Assembly: GCA_965203905.1 (NCBI GenBank)
Contig: CBDBDQ010000005.1
Location: forward strand, 960,001-1,024,000
DNA length: 64,000 nt
Direction of reading: 5' to 3'
Source of the DNA: Spirochaetia bacterium
Lineage (GTDB): Bacteria; Spirochaetota; Spirochaetia; SZUA-6; Bin103
Shown here: positions 49,123-58,847 of the stretch, one piece after another
Layout of the letters: every line of letters begins with the position of its first letter
Position numbering within the stretch: position 1 is the stretch's first letter
Program-made: the position numbers and the translations under genes
The notes under the pieces: generated by a model
Database searches by the model: none
What the model saw: only the letters and a program-made list of their open reading frames with translations
What the model was told of the DNA's origin: nothing

Positions 49123-49827
49123 GTGCGCAACGATTATCGATTCGATGCACTCCTCGCGGAGGTTGTGGGCACCTTTGCGCTGGTGTTCGCCGCCACCGGT
49201 TCGATCATGGTCAACGACCTGTCCGGTGGCACAGTCACGCACATCGGAGTTGCCGCCGCCCCCGGCCTGGTGGTCGCGGCCATGATCTACGCGGTGGGTG
49301 ACATCTCGGCGGCTCACTTCAACCCGGCCGTGACCGTCGGCTTCTGGAGCGTGGGCCGCCTGCCGACGCGGCTGGTGGTGCCGTACCTGCTCAGCCAGGC
49401 GGTCGGTGCCGTGCTGGCCAGCCTGGCCCTGTGGCTGCTGTTGCCCGATGACCGCGGTCTGATGGGCGCGCACGTACCGGCCCTGCCGGCAGGCGCCTCA
49501 GTGGCGATGGAGGTGATACTCACCTTCTTCCTGATGTTCGTGATTCTCGGCGTGTCCGGGTACCTCAACGCGGCTCCGGCCGCCGCGCAGATCAACCGCC
49601 AACCCTCCTCGGGTCTGGCGGTGGGCGCGGTGGTGGCACTGGCGATCTGGTTCGCCGGGCCTACCAGTGGCGCCTCGATGAATCCGATCCGTTCGTTCGC
49701 GCCGGCATTGTTCGCCGGCGAGCCGCTGCGCTACCTCTGGATCTACGTTACGGGTCCAATCGGAGGCGCGCTCCTCGCCGGCGTGGTGGGCCGCCTCATT
49801 CGCAAGGCCAGCCGGACCGTAACCTGA
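49123..49827 (+). CDS. MIP-family channel (aquaporin/aquaglyceroporin), probable arsenite channel
   Basis: AEVVGTFALVF, SAAHFNPAVT, GASMNPIRS; convergent with arsC. Confidence 0.9.
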   Translation: MRNDYRFDALLAEVVGTFALVFAATGSIMVNDLSGGTVTHIGVAAAPGLVVAAMIYAVGDISAAHFNPAVTVGFWSVGRLPTRLVVPYLLSQAVGAVLASLALWLLLPDDRGLMGAHVPALPAGASVAMEVILTFFLMFVILGVSGYLNAAPAAAQINRQPSSGLAVGAVVALAIWFAGPTSGASMNPIRSFAPALFAGEPLRYLWIYVTGPIGGALLAGVVGRLIRKASRTVT

Positions 49828-49864
49828 ACGTCCCTCGCCACTGTGCCACGGCTTGCCGGCCCGC

Positions 49865-50272
49865 TCAGGTCAGATCATTGCGGATCTCGTCGGCGTAGGC
49901 GGCCAGCTCGTCGCGCACGCGGCGGAACTCGGCGGCGATTTGCGCCTCGCTGCCGGTGGCCTTGGCGGGGTCACTGAAGCTGCGGTGCAGGTGCCGTCTG
50001 GCACCGGGCAGCAGCGGGCAGCGTTCACGTGCGTCGTCGCACACGGTCACCACCAGATCGAACGGCTGTCCGACGTAGTCTTTGACGTGGTTGGAAGTAT
50101 GGCCGGAGATGTCGATTCCCGCCTCGGCCATTGCGGCCACGGCGCGCGGATTCAGGCCGTGCGGGTCGACGCCCGCGGACGCCACGTCGAACGCGGTCTC
50201 CCGGCCCAGGTACCCGTGCAGCATCTGCGAGCGGCACGAGTTGCCGGTGCACAGCACCAGGATTCTTGGCAT
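49865..50272 (-). CDS. arsC: Thioredoxin-coupled arsenate reductase (LMW-PTP fold)
   Basis: LCTGNSCRSQM P-loop, VTVCDDARERCP redox cysteine pair, DP motif. Confidence 0.93.
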   Translation of the reverse strand: MPRILVLCTGNSCRSQMLHGYLGRETAFDVASAGVDPHGLNPRAVAAMAEAGIDISGHTSNHVKDYVGQPFDLVVTVCDDARERCPLLPGARRHLHRSFSDPAKATGSEAQIAAEFRRVRDELAAYADEIRNDLT

Positions 50273-50290
50273 GGTCGGGGAAAACAGGAA

Positions 50291-50330
50291 GTCCCGCCGC
50301 GAGCACTCAACGGGCACCACGCGGCGGGAC
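50291..50330 (-). terminator. Stem-loop between pstS and arsC (partial terminator or mRNA stabiliser)
   Basis: Perfect 11-bp stem GTCCCGCCGCG/CGCGGCGGGAC followed by TTCCTGTTTT on the minus strand. Confidence 0.6.
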
Positions 50331-50347
50331 GTTTGTTCGGTTCAGCT

Positions 50348-51367
50348 TCAGCTTGAAGCCGCGTCGGCGACGGCGTCCAGCCAGGCCTGCTTGGCGGCGT
50401 CGAGCGCCATCCGGTTGGCCGGGAAGTAGCCGACGTCCACCACCTCCTCGTTGACGTAGGTCAGATAGAAGGCGACGAAGGCCGCCACCTGCGGCTTCTC
50501 CATCATGATGTCGCCAGTGGTGTAGATGAACAGCGGACGCGCCAGCGGATAGGAAGCGTCGTCCACGCTCTCCTTGCTCGCCTCGACGCCGTCGATGTTG
50601 AGCACCCGCAGCTTGTCGGCGTTCTCGGAGTAGTACGCATAGCCGAAGAATCCCACCGAGTAGGGTCCGCCCAGCACGCCCTGCACCAGGATGTTGTCAT
50701 CCTCGCTCATCTGCAGGTTGCCGGCGCTCAGGATCGGCTCCTCATCCTCGTCGAACACCTCTTCCACGAAGTAGTCGAAGGTGCCGCTGTCGGTGCCGGG
50801 AATGAAGCGCTGAATCGGCTCATCGGGCCAGGCCGGGTTGATGTCGCTCCAGTTGGCGGCGGTGCTGAACAGTGCCGAGAGCTGCTCCATGGAGACGTCG
50901 TCGGCGAACGTGTTGTCCTTGCTGACCACCACCGCAAGCGCGTCGGTACCGACGCGCATCTCGATCGGCTCCCGGCCGATGGAGTTGCAGGAGTCCACTT
51001 CCTTCGGCTTGATCGCTCGACTGGCGTTGGAGACGTCGGTCTCGCCCGCGGTGCAGAAGCGCTCGAAGCCGGCGCCGCTGCCGATGCTGTCGACGGTGAT
51101 GTTGCCCGCGAAGCCCTCGTCCTTGAACCGTTCCACCATGCGCTCGGACAGGGGAAACACGGTAGAGCTGCCGGCCGTGACGATGTTGCCGGGCACCTCC
51201 AGGGGGTCGATTCCGGGAAGCATGGGGTCATCCGACTCCTCCAGAATGAATGCCCAGCCGGCATCCTCTTCACCGCCACCCCCTGCGCCCGCGAGGGCAC
51301 CCGTAAGCAGCAACGCAAGGGCCAGCAGAGCGCCAGCCGGTCGCACCAGGATAGATGAACGAGACAA
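50348..51367 (-). CDS. pstS: Phosphate ABC transporter substrate-binding protein
   Basis: AGSSTVFP, GSGAGF..FC, SNASRAIK, DSGTFDYF, GFFGYAYY, YPLARPLFIY. Confidence 0.93.
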   Translation of the reverse strand: MSRSSILVRPAGALLALALLLTGALAGAGGGGEEDAGWAFILEESDDPMLPGIDPLEVPGNIVTAGSSTVFPLSERMVERFKDEGFAGNITVDSIGSGAGFERFCTAGETDVSNASRAIKPKEVDSCNSIGREPIEMRVGTDALAVVVSKDNTFADDVSMEQLSALFSTAANWSDINPAWPDEPIQRFIPGTDSGTFDYFVEEVFDEDEEPILSAGNLQMSEDDNILVQGVLGGPYSVGFFGYAYYSENADKLRVLNIDGVEASKESVDDASYPLARPLFIYTTGDIMMEKPQVAAFVAFYLTYVNEEVVDVGYFPANRMALDAAKQAWLDAVADAASS

Positions 51368-51415
51368 AGAACTCTCCTTATCGAGGGATTAGCTGTCGAT
51401 AAGGTAGGGCCGCGG

Positions 51416-51454
51416 CTTTAGGCTTCTGCTAGAGCACTGTTAGGGTTGTGTGAG
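51416..51454 (-). promoter_or_regulatory. Pho-box-like array (four hexamers, 11-bp period) upstream of pstS
   Basis: Minus strand CTCACA-N5-CTAACA-N5-CTAGCA-N5-CTAAAG, then 9 nt to a TACCTT -10 element. Confidence 0.78.
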
Positions 51455-51489
51455 GCCGGCCGCTGCCGGCCCTCATGCTGACGGGCGCC

Positions 51490-54237
51490 TCAGCGCGTGA
51501 GCGTGTCCGGGGCCTCGGGATCCACCTCCAGGTCGGTCAGCGCCCGCTGCGCCAACTCCGGCGCCACCTCGCCGGCGTCGGCCAGCGCGGTGAGCGCCGC
51601 CACCGTGATGTGGCGCGCATCGACCTGGAAGAAGTCGCGCAGCGCGTCCCGGGTCTCGCTGCGCCCGAAGCCGTCCGTCCCCAGGGCCACCAGCGGTCCC
51701 GGCAGATGGCTCGCCAGTGCCCGCGGCAGCACCTTCAGGTAGTCGGAGGCCGCGACGCAGACCCCCTGCTCGCCGGCGAACACCTGCTGCAGGTAGCTCT
51801 GGCGGCGCTCCCCCGGATGCAGCGCGTTCCAGCGCTCCACCGCGTTGACGTCCTGGTACAGCTCCTTGTAGCTGGTCACGCTCCACACGTCGGCGGCCAC
51901 CCCGTAGCGGCGCAGCAGCCCCTGTGCGGCGCGTGCCTCGTTGAGGATGGTGCCGCTGCCGAGCAGGTGGGCACGTGGCTTGCCCTTCGCCGCCCGTGCC
52001 CGCGTCAGGCGGTAGATGCCGCGCAGGATCCCCTCGCGGGCGCCCTTGGGCATCGCCGGCATCGGGTAGTTCTCGTTCATCACCGTGAGGTAATAGAAGA
52101 GATCCTCCTGCTGCACGTACATGCGCTTGATACCGTCGCGGATGATCACCGCCAGCTCGTAGGCGTAGGCCGGGTCGTACGCCTTGAGGTTGGGAATGCT
52201 CAGCGCGGCCACGTGGCTGTGTCCATCCTGGTGCTGCAGCCCCTCGCCGTTGAGTGTCGTGCGCCCGGCAGTCCCGCCCAGAAAAAAACCCTTGGCGCGC
52301 ATGTCGCCGGCGGCCCAGATCAGGTCGCCCACGCGCTGGAACCCGAACATCGAGTAGAAGATGTAGAACGGTATGGTGTTGATGCCATGGGTGGCGTAGG
52401 CGGTGCCGGCGGCGATGAAGCTGGAGAATGAACCCGCCTCGGTGATGCCCTCCTCCAACACCTGGCCGTCGGTGGCCTCGCGGTAGTAGAGCAGGTTCTC
52501 CTTGTCCACCGGCTCGTACAACTGGCCCAGGCTGCTGTAGATGCCCACCTGGCGAAACAGCGCTTCCATGCCGAAGGTGCGCGCCTCGTCCGGGACGATG
52601 GGCACCAGCAGCTTGCCCAGCTCGTTGTCGCGCAGCAGCTTGGAGAGGATGCGCACGAACACCATGGTGGTGGACACCGCGCGCTCGTCGGTGCCGGCGT
52701 AGAACTCGCGGAACAGCTCCTCCGGCGGGGCCGCCAGCGGCGCTGCCTTGCGGCTGCGGCCGGGCAGGTAACCGCCCAGGGCCTGGCGCCGCTGGTGCAG
52801 GTAGCGCAGTTCCTCGCTCTCCTCCGGCGGCCGGTAGAAGGGAGCCTTGGCCACCTGGTCGTCGGAGATGGGAATCCCGAACCGGGTGCGGAAGGTGGCG
52901 AGCTCGTCCTCGTTGAGCTTCTTCTGCTGGTGGGTGACGTTCTTGCCCTCGCCGCCCTCACCAAGCCCGTAGCCCTTGATGGTCTGCGCCAGCACCACGG
53001 TAGGTGCGCCGCGGTGATTCATCGCGGCGGCGTAGGCCGCGTACACCTTCTCGGGATCGTGACCGCCGCGGCGCAGCTTCTGCAGCTGCTCGTCCGAGTG
53101 GTTCCTGACCATCTCCAACAGGCGCGGGTCGGTGCCGAAGAAATCGTTGCGGATGTAGTCGCCGCTGGCCACCGTGTACTTCTGGAACTGGCCGTCGACC
53201 GTCTCGTTCATGCGCCGCACCAGCACCCCGTCGCTGTCCTTTTCCAACAGCGGGTCCCAGTCGGCGCCCCAGATCACCTTGATCACGTTCCAGCCGGCGC
53301 CGCGGAACGCCGCCTCCAGCTCCTGGATGATCTTGCCGTTGCCGCGCACCGGACCGTCCAGACGCTGCAGGTTGCAGTTGATCACCCAGATCAGGTTGTC
53401 CAGCTTCTCGCGCGCGGCCAGCGTGATCGAGCCGAGCGACTCCGGCTCGTCCATCTCGCCGTCGCCGAGAAACGCCCACACCTTCTGCGCCGAGGTGTCG
53501 TGGATCCCGCGGTCGTGCAGGTAGCGATTGAAGCGCGCCTGGTAGATCGACATGATCGGGGTCAGCCCCATCGACACCGACGGCGAGAACCAGAAGTTGG
53601 GCATCAACCAGGGATGGGGATAGGACGACAGCCCGCCGCCCGGCTGCAGCTCCCGGCGGAAGTTCTCGAGCTGCTGCTCGGTGAGCCGTCCCTCCAGGTA
53701 GGCGCGGGCGTACATGCCCGGGGCCGAGTGTCCCTGAAAGTAGACGATATCGCCGCCGCCCGGTGCCTCCGGCCCGCGCAGGAAATGGTTCTGCGCCACT
53801 TCGATCAGGGTGGCGCCGGACGCGAACGAGGAGATGTGGCCACCGATGTTGTCGGAGTTCTTGTTGGCGCGCACCACCATCGCCATGGCGTTCCAGCGGA
53901 TCATCGACTTGATGCGGCGCTCGATCTCACGGCGGCCGGGAAATACCGGCTGCAGCACGAATGGAATGGTGTTCACGTAGGCGGTGTTGGCGGAGAATGG
54001 CAGCGCCGCTCCACGCCGGCGGGCATGGCGCTGCAGCTCGGTGAGCAGATAGCGGGCGCGCTCGGCGCCACCGCTGCGGATCACGTACTCGAGGGAATCG
54101 ATCCATTCGCCGAGTTCCTCGTCCGGCATCGGGGTCGCCGCGTCTCCGCGGCCGTTGGCGCCGGCGGCGGGCAGCTCCAGCCCGGGGGCCGGCGCCTGTC
54201 CGTTGCCGGTAAGCTGATCGACGTTCGTGTCACTCAT
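51490..54237 (-). CDS. aceE: Pyruvate dehydrogenase E1, homodimeric type
   Basis: IRWNAMAMV, GGHISSFAS, GLSSYPHP, GDGEMDEPES, NCNLQRLDGPV, FYSMFGFQR, GEGLQHQDG. Confidence 0.97.
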   Translation of the reverse strand: MSDTNVDQLTGNGQAPAPGLELPAAGANGRGDAATPMPDEELGEWIDSLEYVIRSGGAERARYLLTELQRHARRRGAALPFSANTAYVNTIPFVLQPVFPGRREIERRIKSMIRWNAMAMVVRANKNSDNIGGHISSFASGATLIEVAQNHFLRGPEAPGGGDIVYFQGHSAPGMYARAYLEGRLTEQQLENFRRELQPGGGLSSYPHPWLMPNFWFSPSVSMGLTPIMSIYQARFNRYLHDRGIHDTSAQKVWAFLGDGEMDEPESLGSITLAAREKLDNLIWVINCNLQRLDGPVRGNGKIIQELEAAFRGAGWNVIKVIWGADWDPLLEKDSDGVLVRRMNETVDGQFQKYTVASGDYIRNDFFGTDPRLLEMVRNHSDEQLQKLRRGGHDPEKVYAAYAAAMNHRGAPTVVLAQTIKGYGLGEGGEGKNVTHQQKKLNEDELATFRTRFGIPISDDQVAKAPFYRPPEESEELRYLHQRRQALGGYLPGRSRKAAPLAAPPEELFREFYAGTDERAVSTTMVFVRILSKLLRDNELGKLLVPIVPDEARTFGMEALFRQVGIYSSLGQLYEPVDKENLLYYREATDGQVLEEGITEAGSFSSFIAAGTAYATHGINTIPFYIFYSMFGFQRVGDLIWAAGDMRAKGFFLGGTAGRTTLNGEGLQHQDGHSHVAALSIPNLKAYDPAYAYELAVIIRDGIKRMYVQQEDLFYYLTVMNENYPMPAMPKGAREGILRGIYRLTRARAAKGKPRAHLLGSGTILNEARAAQGLLRRYGVAADVWSVTSYKELYQDVNAVERWNALHPGERRQSYLQQVFAGEQGVCVAASDYLKVLPRALASHLPGPLVALGTDGFGRSETRDALRDFFQVDARHITVAALTALADAGEVAPELAQRALTDLEVDPEAPDTLTR

Positions 54238-54446
54238 CAGTTCACTCTCTTCGGGTGCGCGCCGCTGCGGCATACGCCACCCATGACGGCCATGGTACCG
54301 CCAGCGGCCAAGCCCTCGCCGCTACCGAATCCCACCCTGCACCGTACCATAAGAATACCGGTCCACCAACGTGCCGACATCCCCGGTTGCGGTGGCAACG
54401 GTGACCCGCATCGGTGCGCAGCGCGCCGCGGGTCGAGCGTGCCGCA

Positions 54447-55409
54447 TCAGCCGCCGGCCCGTTCCAGGGCTTCCATTTCCTCGGCCGTCAGATTCAACTC
54501 GGCGGCCGCGGCGTTGTCGGCGAACTCCTGTGCGGTGCGCGCACCCACCAGGGGAAACACGTTCAGGCCGCTGCCGAACAGATACGCCAGCGCCACCTGC
54601 GCCACGCTCACCCCGCGCTGTGCGGCGATCTCGGCGGCAGCGTCGTAGCGCCGGAAGTTCCCCTCGGTGCCGTAGACCTCCGCGCTCAGCTTGAGCCAGT
54701 AGTCACTGAACCCATCGAGATTGTCACGCCGCAACTGACCCGAGAAGAAGCCGCCGGCCAGGCTCGACCACACCAGCAGCGGCATCTGGTTGCCCCGGTA
54801 CCACGCGCGGTCCTCGGCCCCGGCCGGGCCGCTGATGGAGAGACACTCGGCCCACGGCTCGTGACGCTGCACCGCCAGACTGAAATTGGGGCTGCTGGCG
54901 CACATCGGCGGCAGGCCGTGCTGCGCGGCGTACTCGTTCGCCGCCTGGATCCGCGCCGGCGACCAGTTGGAGCCGCCGAAGGCGCGGATCCGCCCGGCGC
55001 CATGGTGGCGGGCGAACGCGTCCATGATCGGCCCCACCGGGAGGTCGGGATCGTCGCGATGCAGCAGGTACAGATCGACGTAGTCGCTGCGCAGCCGCGC
55101 CAGCGTGTCCATCAGGTCGGACTCCAGGTCGTGCGGAGTCACCCGGCGCCGGTCGGCGTTGTGATGGCAGCCCTTGCCCACGATCACCACCTGCTCGCGA
55201 TTGCCGCGTGCCTCCATCCACAGGCCGAGCACGCGGTCGGTATCGCCGCCGCCATAGTTGTGCGCGGTATCGAAGGTCGTGCCGCCCTGCTCGAACACGG
55301 CGTCGAGCAGCGCGAAGCCCTCCTCCAGGCGCTCTCGGCTCAGCATGACGGTGCCCTGGATGACCCGGGCAAGGGGCTTGTCGAGGCCTTCGATACGTTG
55401 GTAGGTCAT
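54447..55409 (-). CDS. Aldo/keto reductase
   Basis: FDTAHNYG, DYVDLYLLHRDD, GGSNWS, WSSLAGG. Confidence 0.92.
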   Translation of the reverse strand: MTYQRIEGLDKPLARVIQGTVMLSRERLEEGFALLDAVFEQGGTTFDTAHNYGGGDTDRVLGLWMEARGNREQVVIVGKGCHHNADRRRVTPHDLESDLMDTLARLRSDYVDLYLLHRDDPDLPVGPIMDAFARHHGAGRIRAFGGSNWSPARIQAANEYAAQHGLPPMCASSPNFSLAVQRHEPWAECLSISGPAGAEDRAWYRGNQMPLLVWSSLAGGFFSGQLRRDNLDGFSDYWLKLSAEVYGTEGNFRRYDAAAEIAAQRGVSVAQVALAYLFGSGLNVFPLVGARTAQEFADNAAAAELNLTAEEMEALERAGG

Positions 55410-56416
55410 GATGTTCCTCCGGGGGCGCTCTCGAAGGGGTAGCGCAGGCCGATGCGGCGGCGGGCGGCATCGAGCGTCTCGCTGATGGCGATCGACTCCG
55501 CCAGCGGCATGACCGAGGAGTCGGTGGCGCCGGCGCGGACCAGCTCCATGAAGTGCTCGGCCTCGTAGTTGAAGCCGTTGCCGCGCAATGGATATCGGCG
55601 CTCCTCGGGGGCCGCGCCGGTACGGTGGACGGTGAGCTGCTCGCTGCACCAGAACGGCGCGGCGACGGTAACGTATCCCTCGCTGCCGATGATGGTGGCG
55701 ACCTGCGGCGACCTCACGGTGATGCCGCACAGCAGTGCCGCAATGGCGCCGCTCGGATAGCTCAGAGCCACGGCAGTGCGCTCGTCCACGCCGGTCGCGC
55801 CGAGGTGGGCACTGGCCGCCACGGTTTCGGGCTTGCCCAGGACCATCGAAGCGAAGGCCACGCAGTAGACGCCGATATCGAGCAGGGCGCCCCCAGCCAG
55901 CTCCGGTGCGAACAGCCGGCTGGCGGGATCGACCTTGGCCGCGAAGCCAAAGTCGCTCTGGAGCAGCGCCGGCATGCCGATTTCCCCGGCCTGCAACAGC
56001 GCGCGCAGCGCCACGGTGGCGGGGACGAAGCGGGTCCACATGGCTTCCATCAGCAGCACGCCGCGGTCGCGGGCGCAGGCCGCCATGGCGCGCGCCGCGG
56101 CGGCATTGACGGCCAGCGGCTTCTCGCACAGCACGTGCTTGCCGGCCTCCAGGCAGAGGCCGCAGGCGGGCGCGTGCTGGGTATGGGGAGTGGCCACGTA
56201 GATGGCGTCGACGGCAGGATCGGCGGCCAGCGCCGCGTAGCTGCCGTGCGCCCGCGCGGCACCGTACTGGGCGGCAAACGCCTCGGCACGGGCGGCGGCG
56301 CGCGATCCGACGGCCACCAGTCGCGCGCCCGTAGCGTCACGCAGTCCGGCGGCAAAGCTTCGTGCGATGCTGCCGGGCCCCAGAATGCCCCAGTTGACGG
56401 GCTCTGGCGTATGCAC
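55406..56416 (-). CDS. Gfo/Idh/MocA family oxidoreductase
   Basis: WGILGPGSIA, YVATPH, HVLCEKP, MEAMWTRF, GGALLDIGVY. Confidence 0.93.
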   Translation of the reverse strand: MHTPEPVNWGILGPGSIARSFAAGLRDATGARLVAVGSRAAARAEAFAAQYGAARAHGSYAALAADPAVDAIYVATPHTQHAPACGLCLEAGKHVLCEKPLAVNAAAARAMAACARDRGVLLMEAMWTRFVPATVALRALLQAGEIGMPALLQSDFGFAAKVDPASRLFAPELAGGALLDIGVYCVAFASMVLGKPETVAASAHLGATGVDERTAVALSYPSGAIAALLCGITVRSPQVATIIGSEGYVTVAAPFWCSEQLTVHRTGAAPEERRYPLRGNGFNYEAEHFMELVRAGATDSSVMPLAESIAISETLDAARRRIGLRYPFESAPGGTS

Positions 56417-56640
56417 GTCGCGAGCTTAGCCGCTAGCGCCACTGCGCGCCAAGCGCCACTTGCGCGTGAGCCTGCCAGCGCGCGCCGAAGCCGACCTTGG
56501 CGACCTCGGCATGCAGGTGCACCCGTGGCTGCGGACCGGACGCGAGCCCGGTATAGTGCGACTGCCCGGCGCACCGGCGACCGCGGGCGATTACGCCAAG
56601 TCGGTGCGTTCGGCGTCACCTGACCTGAAGGAGCCTCCGC

Positions 56641-58281
56641 ATGCAAGTTCCGCAGACCATTACCGGCGGCCAGGCGCTGGCCTACGGTGCCGCCCGCGCC
56701 GGCGTCGGTTGCATCACCGCCTATCCCGGCTCGCCCAGCTCGGCAACCGTGGCGGCGCTGACGGAGCTGCTGCGCGGCGGAGCGGGCGCCGGTTGCCACC
56801 TGGAGTGGTCCGCCAACGAGCGGGTGGCGCTGGAGGTGGCCATCGGCGCCTGCCTGGGCGGGCGCCGCTCCCTGGTGTGCACCAAGAGCGTCGGCATGAA
56901 CGTGATGCTGGATCCGCTCATGGCGTTGAACCTGACGCCGCTCAGCGCCGGCATGGTGATCATCCTCGGCGACGACCCCGGCGCCTACGGATCGCAGAAC
57001 GATCAGGACACGCGGGCACTGGCCGACCTGATCGAGCTGCCGATGGTGGAGCCGGCCACGCCGCGTGCCGGCCTGGAAATGGTGGAGGCGGCGTTCAGCG
57101 CCTCGGAGCGGTACGCGATGCCGGTGGTGGTGCGCGTTACCCGCAGCTTCGACACCTGCCGCGAGGCCGCCGGCGGCGCGGCCGGCACGGAGATCGTCTG
57201 GCAGGTGCGCACCGGGCGGGTGGAGCGCGAGGCGTTGCGCTACGTCCCGTACCCGGGCAACGCGGTGGCGAAGCATCGGGAACTGCACCGGCGGCTGACG
57301 CTGGCCGCGCAGTGGGTAGCGGACTCGGCGTTCAATCGCATCGCTGCCACGGCACCGGCGCGACCGGCGGAAGCGGGCGGCGCGCGCGGCATCGTCAGCG
57401 CCGGCTTCTGCACCCGCAAGCTGGCCGACGTGCTCGGCGCAACGGCGGCCGGCGTCGGGTTGCTGGAGCTGGGCGGCATCTTTCCGCTGCCCGCCGAACC
57501 GGTGCGCGCCTTCCTGGCGGCCCACGACGAGGTACTGGTGCTGGAGGAAAACGAGCCCTACCTGGAGCAGCGCATCGCCGCGCTGGCCCACGCCTGCCGC
57601 CTGGCCACCCGCGTGCGCGGCAAGCTGACCGCCGAGGTGCCGCGCTGCGGCGAGCTGTACCGCTGGCAGATCGCCGCGGCGCTGGCGGACTTCGCCCCGG
57701 AGCTGCCGGTCAGCGCTCGCTTCACGGCGGCCGGGGAGCAGGAAGAGCGCCCGCCGCGGCGCAACCACTGCGCCGGCTGCCCGTTCGATCAGCTCGTCGA
57801 CGCGGTGCAGGAGTGGCTGCAGGCAGCGGGTCGCGATGCCTGGCTGATAGCGGATCCCGGCTGCCTGGCCACCGAGGCCCCCCGGCTCGGTGCCAAGTAC
57901 GCCATCGGGTCCGCGGTAGCGGTGGCCGACGGACTGCTGCGTGCCGGTCAGGACGCCGTGGCCCTGTTCGGCGACTCCGCGTTCTTCCACGCCGCGCTGC
58001 CCGCGCTGTGCAACGCCTACGCCCACGGCGCCAACCTGGCGGCGATCGTGGCCGACAACGCCGGCTCGGTAACCACCGGCCGCCAGCCCCATCCGGGCAG
58101 CGGCCGCTCCGCGTTGGGCGCGCCGGCGCCGCGCCTCGACATGCTGGCGGTGGCGCGCGCCTGCGGCGCCAGCCATGCCTCGCGGGTGCACCTGAGCGAG
58201 CTTCCGGGCGCCCTGCCCGCGGCCCTGGACGGCCCGGGTGTGCGCGTGCTGGTGGTGGATGCGCCCTGCCGCCAGGTGTGA
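56641..58281 (+). CDS. Indolepyruvate:ferredoxin oxidoreductase alpha-subunit-like TPP enzyme without the ferredoxin tail
   Basis: AYPGSPSS, EWSANERVALE, KSVGMNV..DPL, GDDPG, QNDQDTR, CAGCP, GDSAFFH...DN. Confidence 0.8.
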   Translation: MQVPQTITGGQALAYGAARAGVGCITAYPGSPSSATVAALTELLRGGAGAGCHLEWSANERVALEVAIGACLGGRRSLVCTKSVGMNVMLDPLMALNLTPLSAGMVIILGDDPGAYGSQNDQDTRALADLIELPMVEPATPRAGLEMVEAAFSASERYAMPVVVRVTRSFDTCREAAGGAAGTEIVWQVRTGRVEREALRYVPYPGNAVAKHRELHRRLTLAAQWVADSAFNRIAATAPARPAEAGGARGIVSAGFCTRKLADVLGATAAGVGLLELGGIFPLPAEPVRAFLAAHDEVLVLEENEPYLEQRIAALAHACRLATRVRGKLTAEVPRCGELYRWQIAAALADFAPELPVSARFTAAGEQEERPPRRNHCAGCPFDQLVDAVQEWLQAAGRDAWLIADPGCLATEAPRLGAKYAIGSAVAVADGLLRAGQDAVALFGDSAFFHAALPALCNAYAHGANLAAIVADNAGSVTTGRQPHPGSGRSALGAPAPRLDMLAVARACGASHASRVHLSELPGALPAALDGPGVRVLVVDAPCRQV

Positions 58282-58307
58282 ACCGGGGCCGGTATATTCG
58301 ACAGTAG

Positions 58308-58775
58308 ATGTACAGCTTCGCGCTCACCGCACACTCCTACCTGCGTTACGCCGTCCTGCTGCTGGTGCTGCTGGTGCTGCTGCGCAGCGCCGCGGGGCTG
58401 ATCCGCGGCAGCGCCTGGGACGGCGCCGACGACGGCCTGGGCCGCTGGCTGATCCGGGTCTGGGATCTGCAGTTTCTGCTCGGACTCGTGCTCTACTTCC
58501 TGAGCCCGATTACCCAGTTCGCATTGGCCAACTTCGGGGAAGCGATGGGCGACAGCCAGTTGCGCGAGTTCGCGGTGGAGCACCCGCTGCTCATGCTGCT
58601 GGCGACCGCGGCGCTGCACGTGGGCTGGATCCGCGCGCGCAAGGCCGCCACCGACCGTGGCAAGCTGCTGCGCTGGCTGATCTTCGTCGCAGTTGCCGCG
58701 GTGCTGACGGTGATCAGCATTCCCTGGGAGGGGCGCCCGCTGCTGCGCACCTCGATCGGCCCCCTGCAACTGTAG
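58308..58775 (+). CDS. Four-TM membrane protein with helix histidines (cytochrome b-like)
   Basis: HSYLRY, QFLLGLVLY, EHPLLM...LH, IPW. Confidence 0.65.
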   Translation: MYSFALTAHSYLRYAVLLLVLLVLLRSAAGLIRGSAWDGADDGLGRWLIRVWDLQFLLGLVLYFLSPITQFALANFGEAMGDSQLREFAVEHPLLMLLATAALHVGWIRARKAATDRGKLLRWLIFVAVAAVLTVISIPWEGRPLLRTSIGPLQL

Positions 58776-58847
58776 CCTTCCTCGCCACAGCAGCACCTGC
58801 AACCGCTGGCCCGGTCACCGCATCGGTGCCTCGGGGAGGCGCAGCCG

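Noticed and set aside
56555-56640. Structured leader before the IorA-like gene as a TPP riboswitch
   Set aside because: A GC-rich hairpin exists, but the conserved CUGAGA and other TPP aptamer motifs are absent.
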